DNA of 64,000 nucleotides from Candidatus Latescibacterota bacterium (GCA_965206595.1 OZ242214.1:3104001-3168000); one strand, 5' to 3'; positions 9,437 through 19,086 are shown, counted from the stretch's first letter. The notes: generated from the sequence alone by a model not told the origin. Translations and numbers: made by a program.

Positions 9437-10390
9437 CTACTGCGACTCGCGGTTGAGTTCCATCACTGCAGCACGCACGGCGCGCAAGGCCAGGCGCCTG
9501 TCTCCCTGCAAATGGTGCAAATGGCGCTCCAGCCCGGCGATCGGGACCATGTTGACCGGCGCGCGCTCGTCTCTATGGGGAGCGGAAGCGAACGCCGGAA
9601 GCCAGCTCGCGGCGGCATCCGCCGCCTCCACCGCATGGGCCCGGCCGACTCCGGCCGGAACCTCGAGCCGCACGATCCCCGCCCACGGACTTGCCCACGG
9701 TCCCGGCACGCCCACCCGCAGGTAGCAGCCGTAGAGGTCGTCGCGCATGGCGAACAGACCGGATCGCTCTCCGGAGAACAACCCCGGCACCTGGGACCAC
9801 GCCTCGGGCTCCAGCATAGGGCGGTGATGGGTCTTCACGTAGCCGATGACAGGGAGCGTGCGGGTGCGCCGGATGTGGTGCAGCGGTCCGTCGATCACTG
9901 TAAGCCAGTCCCGAACTGAGAGTCCCTCGGCAATGCCTGCCTCGGTATCGCGCATCCGCCAGCGCAGGCGGTCGCGGGCGGCCTCCAGTTCGGTGCTCGT
10001 GATCGAGTCTGCCTCCCAGCGCCATCCGCCGGGCTGTGGCGGCAGCTCTACCCGGTGACCGTCGGTGAAGATCGCCGCCCGACCTACGGTAACCTGGTCG
10101 AAGCGCAGGGGCCGCTCCCCCTCGACCAGCACTGCACCGGCTCCCCAGCTTCCCGCCAGGCCGGTCACCGTTCCCCGGTCATAAGTACGTGTCAGGCGCG
10201 CCTCGACGCGCATGGTGCCGTCGACGAATGCCAATCGCCGCGGCCGTTGCGTCTCCGCGGGCCGATGGCGGCGAAACACCCCGTCATCCTCCACCAACTT
10301 GCATGCCTGGGCATCGGCAGAATCGGTGCGGACCTGAAAGCCGGCTCCGAAACCGGTATCGAACGGCTCCACGCCGATGGTACTATTCAA
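9437..10390 (-). CDS. nurA: NurA-family nuclease
   Basis: LAFVDGTMRVEA, VIDGPL, IGYVKT, R.PVNMVPIAGLERHL; lies directly upstream of herA. Confidence 0.75.
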   Translation of the reverse strand: MNSTIGVEPFDTGFGAGFQVRTDSADAQACKLVEDDGVFRRHRPAETQRPRRLAFVDGTMRVEARLTRTYDRGTVTGLAGSWGAGAVLVEGERPLRFDQVTVGRAAIFTDGHRVELPPQPGGWRWEADSITSTELEAARDRLRWRMRDTEAGIAEGLSVRDWLTVIDGPLHHIRRTRTLPVIGYVKTHHRPMLEPEAWSQVPGLFSGERSGLFAMRDDLYGCYLRVGVPGPWASPWAGIVRLEVPAGVGRAHAVEAADAAASWLPAFASAPHRDERAPVNMVPIAGLERHLHHLQGDRRLALRAVRAAVMELNRESQ

Positions 10391-10559
10391 GCCAAGTCCT
10401 TTTGCAGCGCCACCCAGAAGGCCAGGGGCGTAACGGGCTCGCTCCCCAGTACACGTCCGATTACAACAGATTCACTCAATGGCCGATCCCATCACGGTTA
10501 TACGTCTCCAAACACGCCAGCAGCGCAACGCACAGGGCAATCACTCTTGAGGTCCGGCC

Positions 10560-11735
10560 TCAGACCGCGGTCTCAAAAGGCTTCCAGGCTTCGCCGGCGG
10601 CCGCGGCCTGGCGCTCCAGCTCGCTGCGCCAGCCCACCACCTCCCCGGACTTGTTGCGACTGATGTCGAAACCGGCGTAGCGGTCCTCGAGCGTGTCCCC
10701 CAGTTTCTGCGTTTCCGCCCAGCGGTCCCAGGCCGTCTTCATCCACTCGTGCGGCAGGGCCTCGCGCACCGCCGGGTCGAGCTGCCAGGCGCTTCTGGCG
10801 TCGGCCACCGGCGGCTCCCCGGTGAACGGGCCCGACCATTTCGACCAGCCGATCGACAGGGTGTTGCGCTCGCGGTCGGGGACTGCGTGCCCGGTGTGGA
10901 GCGTGGCCCCGTTGCGGATCAGGGCCTCGCCGGGCTTGAGCCGGATCGCCACCTGGCCAGGCAGGGGGTCGGAGCCGTTCCAGCTGGGAGTGTACGGCAC
11001 CCCCTTGTCCTTCATTGCCTGCGGCAGCAGGACGTCGTGCTCGAGCGGCGTCCGCCACCTTTCGTGGCTTGCGGGCACGAGCTCGTGGCACTCGTCGTCG
11101 ACCAGCGCCAGGAACATGCTCACGCCGTCCCGCTCTTTGACGAGCCTGGCGTTGTTGGCGCGGATCTCCTTCCAGCGGATTCTCTCCACCTCCTCCGAGT
11201 AGTCCTCGAGGCTCTCTCCCCGGACCTCCCGCTGCGCCAGGTAGCTCTTCCCGGTCCCCCACCAGGTCACGTCCCGGTGCCAGCTCGGCCCGTTCTCGTA
11301 GCGCCGGGGATTGCACCACAGCAGCATTCCACCCAGAACCATATCCTCGGGCCCGAGCCCGTTGCACCAGGACTCGACGAAGCCGAGGAACTCGGGCGAG
11401 CCGTGGAACCCGGCAAAGTCCGGCTCCCCGAAGGCGGGGTGGATGAGGCCCCGGATCGCCCACGGCTCATCCTCCCGGGCGCGGTGGACGTACCCCTTCG
11501 AGCAGTCGATCCTGCTGTAGCCGTGCTCCGGCGCGCAGGCCTCGGTGACGCGGCGGCCGGCTTCGCGGAGGATGGGGATCCAGGGGCTGTCGACGAAGTC
11601 GTTGATGATGACGAAACCGTGCTCCTGCAGGTGGGCGAGCCTCTCCGGGGTGGCCCCGGGAGCGGTCAGCTCCGGCTTTGAGTCGGCAAAGGCGGTGGCC
11701 CGGTAAGACGACGACGGCTGCGGCTGATCGTTCAT
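10560..11735 (-). CDS. Phytanoyl-CoA dioxygenase (PhyH)-family Fe/2OG enzyme
   Basis: EHGFVII, WHRD, LVPASH, distal LHTG; ATG at 11735 preceded by GGAAGAG. Confidence 0.8.
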   Translation of the reverse strand: MNDQPQPSSSYRATAFADSKPELTAPGATPERLAHLQEHGFVIINDFVDSPWIPILREAGRRVTEACAPEHGYSRIDCSKGYVHRAREDEPWAIRGLIHPAFGEPDFAGFHGSPEFLGFVESWCNGLGPEDMVLGGMLLWCNPRRYENGPSWHRDVTWWGTGKSYLAQREVRGESLEDYSEEVERIRWKEIRANNARLVKERDGVSMFLALVDDECHELVPASHERWRTPLEHDVLLPQAMKDKGVPYTPSWNGSDPLPGQVAIRLKPGEALIRNGATLHTGHAVPDRERNTLSIGWSKWSGPFTGEPPVADARSAWQLDPAVREALPHEWMKTAWDRWAETQKLGDTLEDRYAGFDISRNKSGEVVGWRSELERQAAAAGEAWKPFETAV

Positions 11736-11888
11736 TTCCGCTCTTCCTTCTGAGAGATAACGGCAAAGAGTTCTACGTGCAGGCCTCCTTGTCGGGCCTT
11801 GCAGCGGTGCAAGCTCGCCTTGCCGGCGTGGCCGGGCAATCGCCACGGGCAGGGAGCCCGGTCAGGCAGGGGGGGATTGGGCGAGCCT

Positions 11889-12049
11889 TCACTCGCCGGG
11901 AGCGCCGTGTCCTGCGAATCCCCAACGGCTCAGGACCTCCAGCCAGCGCCGGCGCCGCGGGCTGCCGCCGGGATTGGCGAGCCACTCGCGGTGGGGCGCA
12001 GCAGCGGGAAGGTCTCGAACAGGGCAAGCTGGCTCGCGGTGAGGGTCAC
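11889..12049 (-). pseudogene. Collapsed PhyH-like gene (N-terminus joined out of frame to C-terminus)
   Basis: GTG overlapping the upstream stop gives VTLTASQLALFETF; another frame then gives HREWLANPGGSPRRRRWLEVLSRWGF..*. Confidence 0.5.
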
Positions 12050-13053
12050 AGGCCCACTTCCGTCCAACGCCGGAAGCTCTCCTCGTCGACGTTGCGCCCG
12101 CTGACGACGATCACCACATCCCCCTCTCCGTCGAGATCTACGGCCCCGCCCAGGGCCGCGGCCACGGCGATCGCCCCGGAGGGCTCGGTGCGCAGTCCGT
12201 GCGCGGCGTAGAGCCAGCGCATGGCGGCGCAGGTGGCGGCATCCGCCACGGTCACGGCCGCGGGCACGTGCCGGCGCAGGATCGGCCAGTTGTGCTCCCC
12301 TACGTCGTACGACAGCAGGCCGTCGCAGATGCTCTGCGGCTTTTCGATCCGCATCCGCTCCCCCTTTGCCAGCGACCGGCAGTAGTCGTCGGCCCCCTCC
12401 GGTTCGACGCCGACGATGGCGGCCCCGGGAAAGCCCCCGGCGATGGCGAGGGCATGTCCCGCCATCAGTCCGCCGCCGCTGACCGGACAGAGGAAATGCG
12501 AGAGCTCGCGGTCCTGCCGGCGCAGCTCCTCGACGATCTCGAGACCTCCCACCCCGTTGCCGGCAATGACGTGGTTGTCGTCGTAGGGCGAGGCTTGGAC
12601 CGCCCCGCTTGCGGCGATCCCGGCGGTCAGGCGGTCCCGCTCCCCGGTCAGGTGGTCGCTGGCCTGGTCGTAGGTGCGGATCTCGGCTCCGAACGAGCGC
12701 GTCAGCTCGAACTTCACCTTGGGCGCGCTCTCCGGCATGACGATGACGACCCGCTTGCCGTAGCGCATGCCCGCGAAAGAGATGCCGGAGGCGAAGTTGC
12801 CCGACGAGTGCGCCACCACCGGACGGCTGCCGATGGCGGCGAGGTTGTTCTCCATCCAGTTCAGCGCCCCGAGCAGCTTGAAGGAGCCGACAGGGGTCCA
12901 GCCGTAGTCCTTGAGCCAGGCGCGGCGGCCGTCCGCCAGCCCGAGCTTCTTCTCCAGGGAATAGGAGCGCAGCAGCGGTGCCGGGGAGAGGTGCCGGCGG
13001 ACGACAGCGGCGGCGCTTTGCACGTCGGCGAGGGTCGCGGTTTGAATTGACAT
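12046..13053 (-). CDS. PLP-dependent threonine/serine dehydratase-family protein
   Basis: GSFKLLGA, HSSGNFA, PVSGGGLMAG, VGVEP, EPSGA, VSGRN. Confidence 0.9.
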   Translation of the reverse strand: MSIQTATLADVQSAAAVVRRHLSPAPLLRSYSLEKKLGLADGRRAWLKDYGWTPVGSFKLLGALNWMENNLAAIGSRPVVAHSSGNFASGISFAGMRYGKRVVIVMPESAPKVKFELTRSFGAEIRTYDQASDHLTGERDRLTAGIAASGAVQASPYDDNHVIAGNGVGGLEIVEELRRQDRELSHFLCPVSGGGLMAGHALAIAGGFPGAAIVGVEPEGADDYCRSLAKGERMRIEKPQSICDGLLSYDVGEHNWPILRRHVPAAVTVADAATCAAMRWLYAAHGLRTEPSGAIAVAAALGGAVDLDGEGDVVIVVSGRNVDEESFRRWTEVGL

Positions 13054-13161
13054 TGCGGTCACAGCTTCTAAACTCAGCGGGCCAAATCGGCTTGTAAAGG
13101 AGAACAGGCCGCCGGGCGGCGCGCCCAGATCGGAGCAAGGGATTCACGGGGATTCAGGAAA

Positions 13162-14074
13162 ATGGCTTCACCGGAACGAGAGGTGTTCAGACAGACCTGG
13201 AACTGGCACGATCCCCTCGGCAGCGGCGAGTACACCATCGGCAAGGAGCAGTTCTACCAGATGGACGCCTCCTGCGGCAGGGTGCAGAACAGCCGCCTGC
13301 TCGCCGCGCACCACCTCCGGCGAACCCGCGGCCCTCTTCTACGAGCCGATGCTGAGCACCGCCGGGCAGGTCGTGCCCTCGATTGAATGGACCCGGGAGA
13401 TGCGCCGCATCTGCGACGAGCGCGGCATGCTGATGGTGGCCGACGAGGCCCTCACCGGGTTCGGGCGCACCGGCAAGTGGTTCGGCTTCGAGCACTTCGG
13501 CGTCGTGCCCGACATCCTCGCCTGCTCCAAGGGATTGGGCGGCGGCGTTCCCCTGTGCTCGGTGACCACCAGCGACGAGATCGCCGACGCCGCCCTCGAG
13601 AAGGGATACCTGCAGTCGTCGTCGCACTCGGGGGACCCCTTGCTGTGCGCGGTCGGCCTGAAGAACCTCGAGATCGTCGAGAGAGAAAACCTCGTCGAGA
13701 ACGCCCGCGTCGTCGGCGCCTACATGGAGGCGAAGCTCAAACGCATGGAGGAGCAGTACGAGATCGTCGGCGAAGCCCGCGGTCTTGGGTTGTGCCTCGG
13801 TCTCGAGATGGTGACCGACAAGGAGAGCCGCACCCCGAACGTCGACGCCGCGGTCGAGGTCACCCGCCACTGCTTCGAGCAAAAACTGTGGATCGCCGCG
13901 GGCAAGCCCCCGGAGAACGACGAGGAGCGCAAGATGGGCGGCCGCTTCGGCTCGCACATCATCCGCTTCATGCCGCCGATCTCGATAACCGAAGAGCAGG
14001 TGGACGAAGCCCTCGACATCATCGAGGCCGGCATTGTGGCGGCGCAGCAGAACCTTCCGGCGCGCACCGGGTGA
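13162..14074 (+). pseudogene. Chimera: unknown N-terminal stub plus C-terminal half of a class-III aminotransferase
   Basis: From ~13307 one frame reads TTSGEPAALFYEPMLS..VADEALTGFGRTG..PDILACSKGLGGG..RGLGL..IRFMPP; the N-terminal half is missing and the ATG at 13162 is in another frame. Confidence 0.75.
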
Positions 14075-14154
14075 TCACCGCACGGCGGGGTCCGGCAGAA
14101 TTCCGACGCCTGACAGCCCGTTGATATGCCTTTTAAAAGGAGGAAGCCAAAAAA

Positions 14155-15531
14155 ATGGGAACAGGATTCGACGACACCGGCTATCGCGTCCTCCGGGGGG
14201 CGCTGACAGAAGCGGAAGTCGACCGCCTCGCCGGGCCTATTCGTGCCGCCTTTGCGACGGGTGAGTACGACGGGTTCAGAGAGGAGGCAGCCTATCCGTC
14301 CCCCGGCATCTACTCGATGGGCCCGCGGATCCTCGAAAAGCACCCGGAGATTGCGGGTGTGAGCCTGGCGCACCCTGCCATCGTCGCGGCCGTCGAAGAC
14401 CTCTTCGGCGAGCCGGCTGCGCTGGCGCAGTACTGGTCGATCATGCGCACCCCCGGGGCGGGGGTGGGCGACAAGCCCTTCGTCAACGGCAGCGGCGCCC
14501 ACTACGACTACAAGCCATGGCGCTGCGTCGGCTCGTTCGTGAAGTGGATGTTCGCCGTGGTCCCGTTCGTCGACTACACCGAGGCAGCTGGCCCACTCGC
14601 GGTGTCTCCCGGCTCCCACCTCAAGACAAAGGTGCTTCCCTCGGACGGGCGCGTGCACCCGGTGGATGCAGCGCAGGTCCCCTTGCCGGCCGAGATCCCC
14701 TTTGACGACCCGTCCTTGAAGAAGGGGGACGCGATCTTGATGAACGGCTTCGCCTGGCACGAGGCGCGGCCTAACTTCGGCGACAGCGACCGCTGCGGTC
14801 TGTACATGAAGTTCCACGCCAGATCCTCTCCCCCCGCCTGCGGGCCGACGATCTACCCTTCCCAGGTCCACGACTTTCTGCCACCCGAGGCCAGGCACCT
14901 GGTTCCCTATCACCGGGGCGACGGCAGGTACGCCGCACTCCGCCAGCGCCCGGTGGGGGGAGTCGACGAGGCCCGGCTGCTGATCGAAGACAGCGAAGGA
15001 CGGGTGCTGGTGCTCGGCGACGGCGCCGACGGCTGGGGGCTGCCGAGGTTTGCCGCCGCCGAGGACGAATCAGCGGGCATACTGGACGTCTGCAACGTGA
15101 TGGGGTCGGTGCTCGAACAGGCCGGCGAGCAGCTTGGCCTGCGGCTGCCGTGGCTCAGCTGGCTCCTCGACCTTCCCGGCTCCCCTCCGGATGGGGGCGA
15201 GTGGCGCTGCCGGGTCTACGGCCATCGTCTGGCGGACGCCGCCCCTGAGATCGTCAGCGGGAACGGCAGGACACCCGGGCATCGCTGGATGTCGGCCGCC
15301 GAGCTCGAGGAGGCGGGAGCGGCGGGCCGGATCGAGTGCGGAGGGCAGGTGCGGCGGTGGCTGCGCATGTGGCAGGAGGAGGAGGAGGAAGAAGGGCGCG
15401 CGGTGACGAGAAGCTTTGGCGTCCCGAGCACCTACGTGAAGTATTTCTCGTACAATCGCGGCGGAAACCCGCAGGGACACTATCGCGTCGGTGTCTTCGA
15501 CAGCGAAGGCCGACCGGCGCCGCCACCGTAA
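14155..15531 (+). CDS. PhyH-family dioxygenase with a C-terminal degenerate Nudix-like domain
   Basis: HYD, VSPGSH, AWHEA; C-terminal GRVLVL..GWGLP..EDE..GEQLGL. Confidence 0.7.
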   Translation: MGTGFDDTGYRVLRGALTEAEVDRLAGPIRAAFATGEYDGFREEAAYPSPGIYSMGPRILEKHPEIAGVSLAHPAIVAAVEDLFGEPAALAQYWSIMRTPGAGVGDKPFVNGSGAHYDYKPWRCVGSFVKWMFAVVPFVDYTEAAGPLAVSPGSHLKTKVLPSDGRVHPVDAAQVPLPAEIPFDDPSLKKGDAILMNGFAWHEARPNFGDSDRCGLYMKFHARSSPPACGPTIYPSQVHDFLPPEARHLVPYHRGDGRYAALRQRPVGGVDEARLLIEDSEGRVLVLGDGADGWGLPRFAAAEDESAGILDVCNVMGSVLEQAGEQLGLRLPWLSWLLDLPGSPPDGGEWRCRVYGHRLADAAPEIVSGNGRTPGHRWMSAAELEEAGAAGRIECGGQVRRWLRMWQEEEEEEGRAVTRSFGVPSTYVKYFSYNRGGNPQGHYRVGVFDSEGRPAPPP

Positions 15532-15542
15532 AAGGAGCGCCG

Positions 15543-16718
15543 ATGAGAATCCGCAGAATCACTCCCTGGCTGATCCGCGGCCCGCAGCCCTTCATGGCCG
15601 CGGCCGGCGAACAACCCGGCGCCGAGCGCGCCTACATCTTCGTCCAGGTCGAGACCGATGAAGGGGTGACCGGATGGGGGGAGGTCACCAACTCCACCCC
15701 GGCCCACAACGCCGCGGTCGCCGCCCTGCTGGCGCAGGCCAACGAGCTCGTCGCCGGCGACGACGCCAGCCACATCGAAGCGATCTGGCACAAGATCTTC
15801 CGCTCCTACACCTACATGGGGTCGCGCGGCGCCGTGACCAGCGTCATCAGCGGCATCGACATCGCGCTCTGGGATATCCGCGGCAAGGTCGCCGGCCGCC
15901 CGGTGTACGATCTCCTCGGCGGCCCGGTGCGGGAGCGCATCTCCCTCTACGCCCACCCCAACGGCGGCACCTCGCCCGAAGAGGTCGCGCGCGCCGCGAA
16001 GGCGATCGTCGACTTCGGTCACACCGCGCTCAAGACCGACCCCTTCCCGCTGACGGAAGAGGAGGGGACCTATTTCGGATATCTCAGCGGCGAGGTGGAT
16101 GCGGCGACGGAGAAAACCGGCATCGAAAAGGTCGCGGCGATACGGGAGGCGGTCGGCCCGGACGTCGAGATCCTGATCGACGCCCACGGCCGCTTCGACG
16201 TGCCGACCGCGGTGCGCCTGGCGAAGCGCCTGGCCGAGTACGACATCGGCTGGTTCGAGGAGCCGGTCCCGCCCGAAAGCTACGCCGCGCTCAAGCAGGT
16301 CCGGTCGGAGGTGCCGGTGCCGATCTGCGTCGGCGAGCGGCTGTTCACCCGCTTCGACTTCCTGCCGGTGCTGCAGGAGGGCCTGGCCGACTACCTGATG
16401 CCGGACGTGACCTGGACCGGGGGGATCACCGAGCTGCGCAAGATTTCCAGCCTCGCCGAGACCTTCTACATCCCGGTGTCGCCGCACGACGCCTCCGGGC
16501 CGGTGAACGTCCTCGCCGGGGCGCACGTGATGATGACGGTGCCCAACTTCTACCGGCTCGAGACCATGCGCGCCGACCTCGGCGCTTACGACGCCTTCAT
16601 CGACCACCCTCTCGACATCCGCGAAGGCCACCTGCACCTGTCGGAGCGGCCGGGCCTCGGCATCGAGCTCGACCTCGATTTCCTGCGCGCCCACGTCCTC
16701 CCGGTCCCCGGGGTCTGA
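15543..16718 (+). CDS. Mandelate racemase/galactonate dehydratase-like enolase-superfamily enzyme
   Basis: VETDEGVTGWGE, SGIDIALWDIRGK, LKTD, IDAHGRF, WFEEP, GER, PHD, PGLGIE. Confidence 0.9.
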   Translation: MRIRRITPWLIRGPQPFMAAAGEQPGAERAYIFVQVETDEGVTGWGEVTNSTPAHNAAVAALLAQANELVAGDDASHIEAIWHKIFRSYTYMGSRGAVTSVISGIDIALWDIRGKVAGRPVYDLLGGPVRERISLYAHPNGGTSPEEVARAAKAIVDFGHTALKTDPFPLTEEEGTYFGYLSGEVDAATEKTGIEKVAAIREAVGPDVEILIDAHGRFDVPTAVRLAKRLAEYDIGWFEEPVPPESYAALKQVRSEVPVPICVGERLFTRFDFLPVLQEGLADYLMPDVTWTGGITELRKISSLAETFYIPVSPHDASGPVNVLAGAHVMMTVPNFYRLETMRADLGAYDAFIDHPLDIREGHLHLSERPGLGIELDLDFLRAHVLPVPGV

Positions 16719-16719
16719 C

Positions 16720-17859
16720 TTAGTTCCCCGCCTCGCGGGACAGCACCTTCGCCGCCTCGACCAGGGCCTCGATCTCTTCCTCGCTGGTGTAGAAGGCGAT
16801 GGAAATGCGAACCCCGGTCGGATCGGTCATGTAGGTGCCTCGCTGCACGATCTGCCAGCGGGACTTCAGCGCCTTGTCGAGGTCGCCGCCGTCCATCCCT
16901 TCGATGCCGAAGGTGACGATGCCGGTCTGCGAGTCGGGGCGCCGGGAGCTGACCACGATGGCGCCGGGCACCTCGTCGAGCTGCGCCTTGAGCATGTCGG
17001 TCTTGCGCACGCACTCCCGCCGCACCGCCTCGACGCCGCCGATGTTCTCGATGAAGTCGATGGCCGCTCCCACCCCGGCGTAGAGGGCGTGGGCGGGGTT
17101 GCTCAACCTGTACTGGCCGGCTCCCCCGTCTGGATTGTGGGGATGCACGAGGGGCTTCAGCTTCTGCTGCGCTTCCCTGCTCACGTACAGGAAACCGGTC
17201 CCCATCGGGCCGAGCAGCCACTTGTAGCAGTTGGAGGCGTAGAAGTCGCAGCCCATCTCGTTGAGATGCACCGGGACCTGGGCGACCGCGTGGCAGCCGT
17301 CCCACAGCGTCAGGATGTCGCGCTCGCGCGCCAGCCTGCAGATCTCCCCGGCCGGCACCACCAGGCCGGTGTCGGTGGTGACGTGGCTCATGCAGATCAT
17401 CCGGGTGCGCGGCGTCAGGGCTTCCCCGGTGCGCGCCAGCATCACCGCGGGGTCGTGGTCGATCTCGACGACCTTGAGAACCACCCCCTGCCGCTGCTCG
17501 AGGCCGAGCACGGCCTGGTGCGGCATGGGGTGCTCCTCGCTGGTGATCACCACCTCGTCCCCCGGCTCCCAGGACAGACCGGCGATCGCCGCGGCGTACC
17601 CGTCCGCGGTGCTGACGGTCAGGGCGATTTCGTCGTCCTCCGCCCCGAAGAAGGCCGCCAGCTTCCCCCGCGCCACCTCGGCCGACTGGCACATCTGGGA
17701 ATGCCACTCGATCGGCGGCACGTGCTCTTCGTAGAGCCTGTTGAAACCGCCCTCGATCGCCTCGCGCACTTCGTTGGAGGGCAGGCCGACCCCCCCGGTG
17801 TTGAGCTGGACGCCGTTCCGGAGTCCGGGATAGTGGGTGCGGATCTCTTCGAGGTTCAC
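16720..17859 (-). CDS. Class-V PLP aminotransferase (isopenicillin N epimerase/desulfurase-like)
   Basis: QLNTGG, EEHP, SHVTTDTG, DGCHAVAQ, YKWLLGPMGTGFLY, VRIS. Confidence 0.85.
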   Translation of the reverse strand: MNLEEIRTHYPGLRNGVQLNTGGVGLPSNEVREAIEGGFNRLYEEHVPPIEWHSQMCQSAEVARGKLAAFFGAEDDEIALTVSTADGYAAAIAGLSWEPGDEVVITSEEHPMPHQAVLGLEQRQGVVLKVVEIDHDPAVMLARTGEALTPRTRMICMSHVTTDTGLVVPAGEICRLARERDILTLWDGCHAVAQVPVHLNEMGCDFYASNCYKWLLGPMGTGFLYVSREAQQKLKPLVHPHNPDGGAGQYRLSNPAHALYAGVGAAIDFIENIGGVEAVRRECVRKTDMLKAQLDEVPGAIVVSSRRPDSQTGIVTFGIEGMDGGDLDKALKSRWQIVQRGTYMTDPTGVRISIAFYTSEEEIEALVEAAKVLSREAGN

Positions 17860-17887
17860 TGGCAGCGTCCTCCTTTTCGATTCATTG

Positions 17888-18374
17888 TCATTCTCCCATT
17901 TCGTCGAGCAGCCGCTGCACCACTTTCTTGCGGTGCCGGAACGAGGCCGGCTGCTTGAGCTCGTAAAGTTCGGGTGAGATGCGGTCGCGGTACTCCTCCA
18001 GGGGACCGCCCCCCGGCGACCAGGAGGCGTACGACGTCGTGTAGCGCACGAAGGCGGTGGTGCGCGGGCTCTCCTCCGTCCACCTGCGGGCGCCGTGGCA
18101 GAGCGCCTCGGTGAACAGCACCACATCCCCGGCCCGCACCGCCGGGTTGGCGACCAGGGGCGGCCCGTCGCAGATGGTGACGCGGTCCGGTTTGGGAAAG
18201 TAGGCCTTGTGGCTTCCCGGAATGCAGACGAAGCCGGTGCCGGCCGGCACGTCGACCAGGGAGACGCCGGCGTTGAGGAAGGTGGCGAAGACCTTGCCGT
18301 CCGCCGCCTGGTAGTCGTTGGCCGGGTGGTGGATGCCGCCGCTGACGCCGCCGTGGAAAGGCAGGTTGAATCGG
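17888..18374 (-). pseudogene. 5'-truncated PhyH-family gene
   Basis: LPFHGG, CIPGSHK, AGDVVLFTEALCHG; PhyH-like sequence begins abruptly near 18372. Confidence 0.7.
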
Positions 18375-18605
18375 ATGGAGGAAGATGTCGAGGGTGTCCG
18401 CCCCAGGGTCTTGACCGACATGGCCGAACGTCTGCGGCCCTTTCTGCCTTTCCGCCACCTGTTCCGCAACATCTACGGCGGACAGCTGCGCTGGGAGCGC
18501 AGTAGCGAGCTGCTTCAGGAGGCGGATGAAGTGTGGCCGCTATTCAAGCAGCAGACAGAGGAGTTCAAGGGCGTGATGGCGCGGCCTCACGACGGCTGCC
18601 GGTAA
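18375..18605 (+). pseudogene. C-terminal fragment of a HEPN (HepT/DUF86-like) RNase toxin
   Basis: MEEDVEGVRPRVL..FRHLFRNIYG..LRWER. Confidence 0.65.
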
Positions 18606-19086
18606 AGGAGTCCCTCCTCATCCGGCGGGGCGGTTCACTCACCCCGGCAAAAACGCAGTAGGCGCCCCAGGCGCTGTCGACGAAGAGATCGAGGCTGCGG
18701 TACCCGGTGCCGCCGAAGTGCACGAGCAGGCGCCGGCTGCGGTCCGCATGCACGAAGGGCTCGTGCGGCCAGACGATCGGGCGGTGCCGCTGCGCATCCG
18801 GGTGCTGCTCGCCGAAGCAGACCGCCTCTTCCGCGGTCGGCCGCCGCAGCCCGCGCCTGTGGAGCTCGGCGACCGCTTCTGCGGAGGTGGCGATCCGCCC
18901 GAGGTCGACGAGCTCGACAGTGACCTCCGCCTGCGGCCGCGGCACCAGCGGAAAGTTCTCCTGGTTGATGAAGGAGTGCACCCCGTCGTAGCCGCCAGCG
19001 CTCACGATCTCGTCCATGGTGCGGCCGCCGCCGATCCTCACCGGAAACCGCCTGCCCCCCGTCCTGCGGGGACTTTCTGCAGTCAT
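18565..19086 (-). CDS. Hypothetical protein, possibly C-type-lectin-like fold
   Basis: ATG overlaps the stop of the PKD gene (ATGA); AGGYD..INQENFP..GLRRPTAEE..FGEQHPDAQR..RSLDL..W..YCVFAGV. Confidence 0.55.
   Translation of the reverse strand: MTAESPRRTGGRRFPVRIGGGRTMDEIVSAGGYDGVHSFINQENFPLVPRPQAEVTVELVDLGRIATSAEAVAELHRRGLRRPTAEEAVCFGEQHPDAQRHRPIVWPHEPFVHADRSRRLLVHFGGTGYRSLDLFVDSAWGAYCVFAGVSEPPRRMRRDSFTGSRREAAPSRP

Noticed and set aside
18565-19086. Diversity-generating retroelement
   Set aside because: No reverse transcriptase or template repeat is in the window
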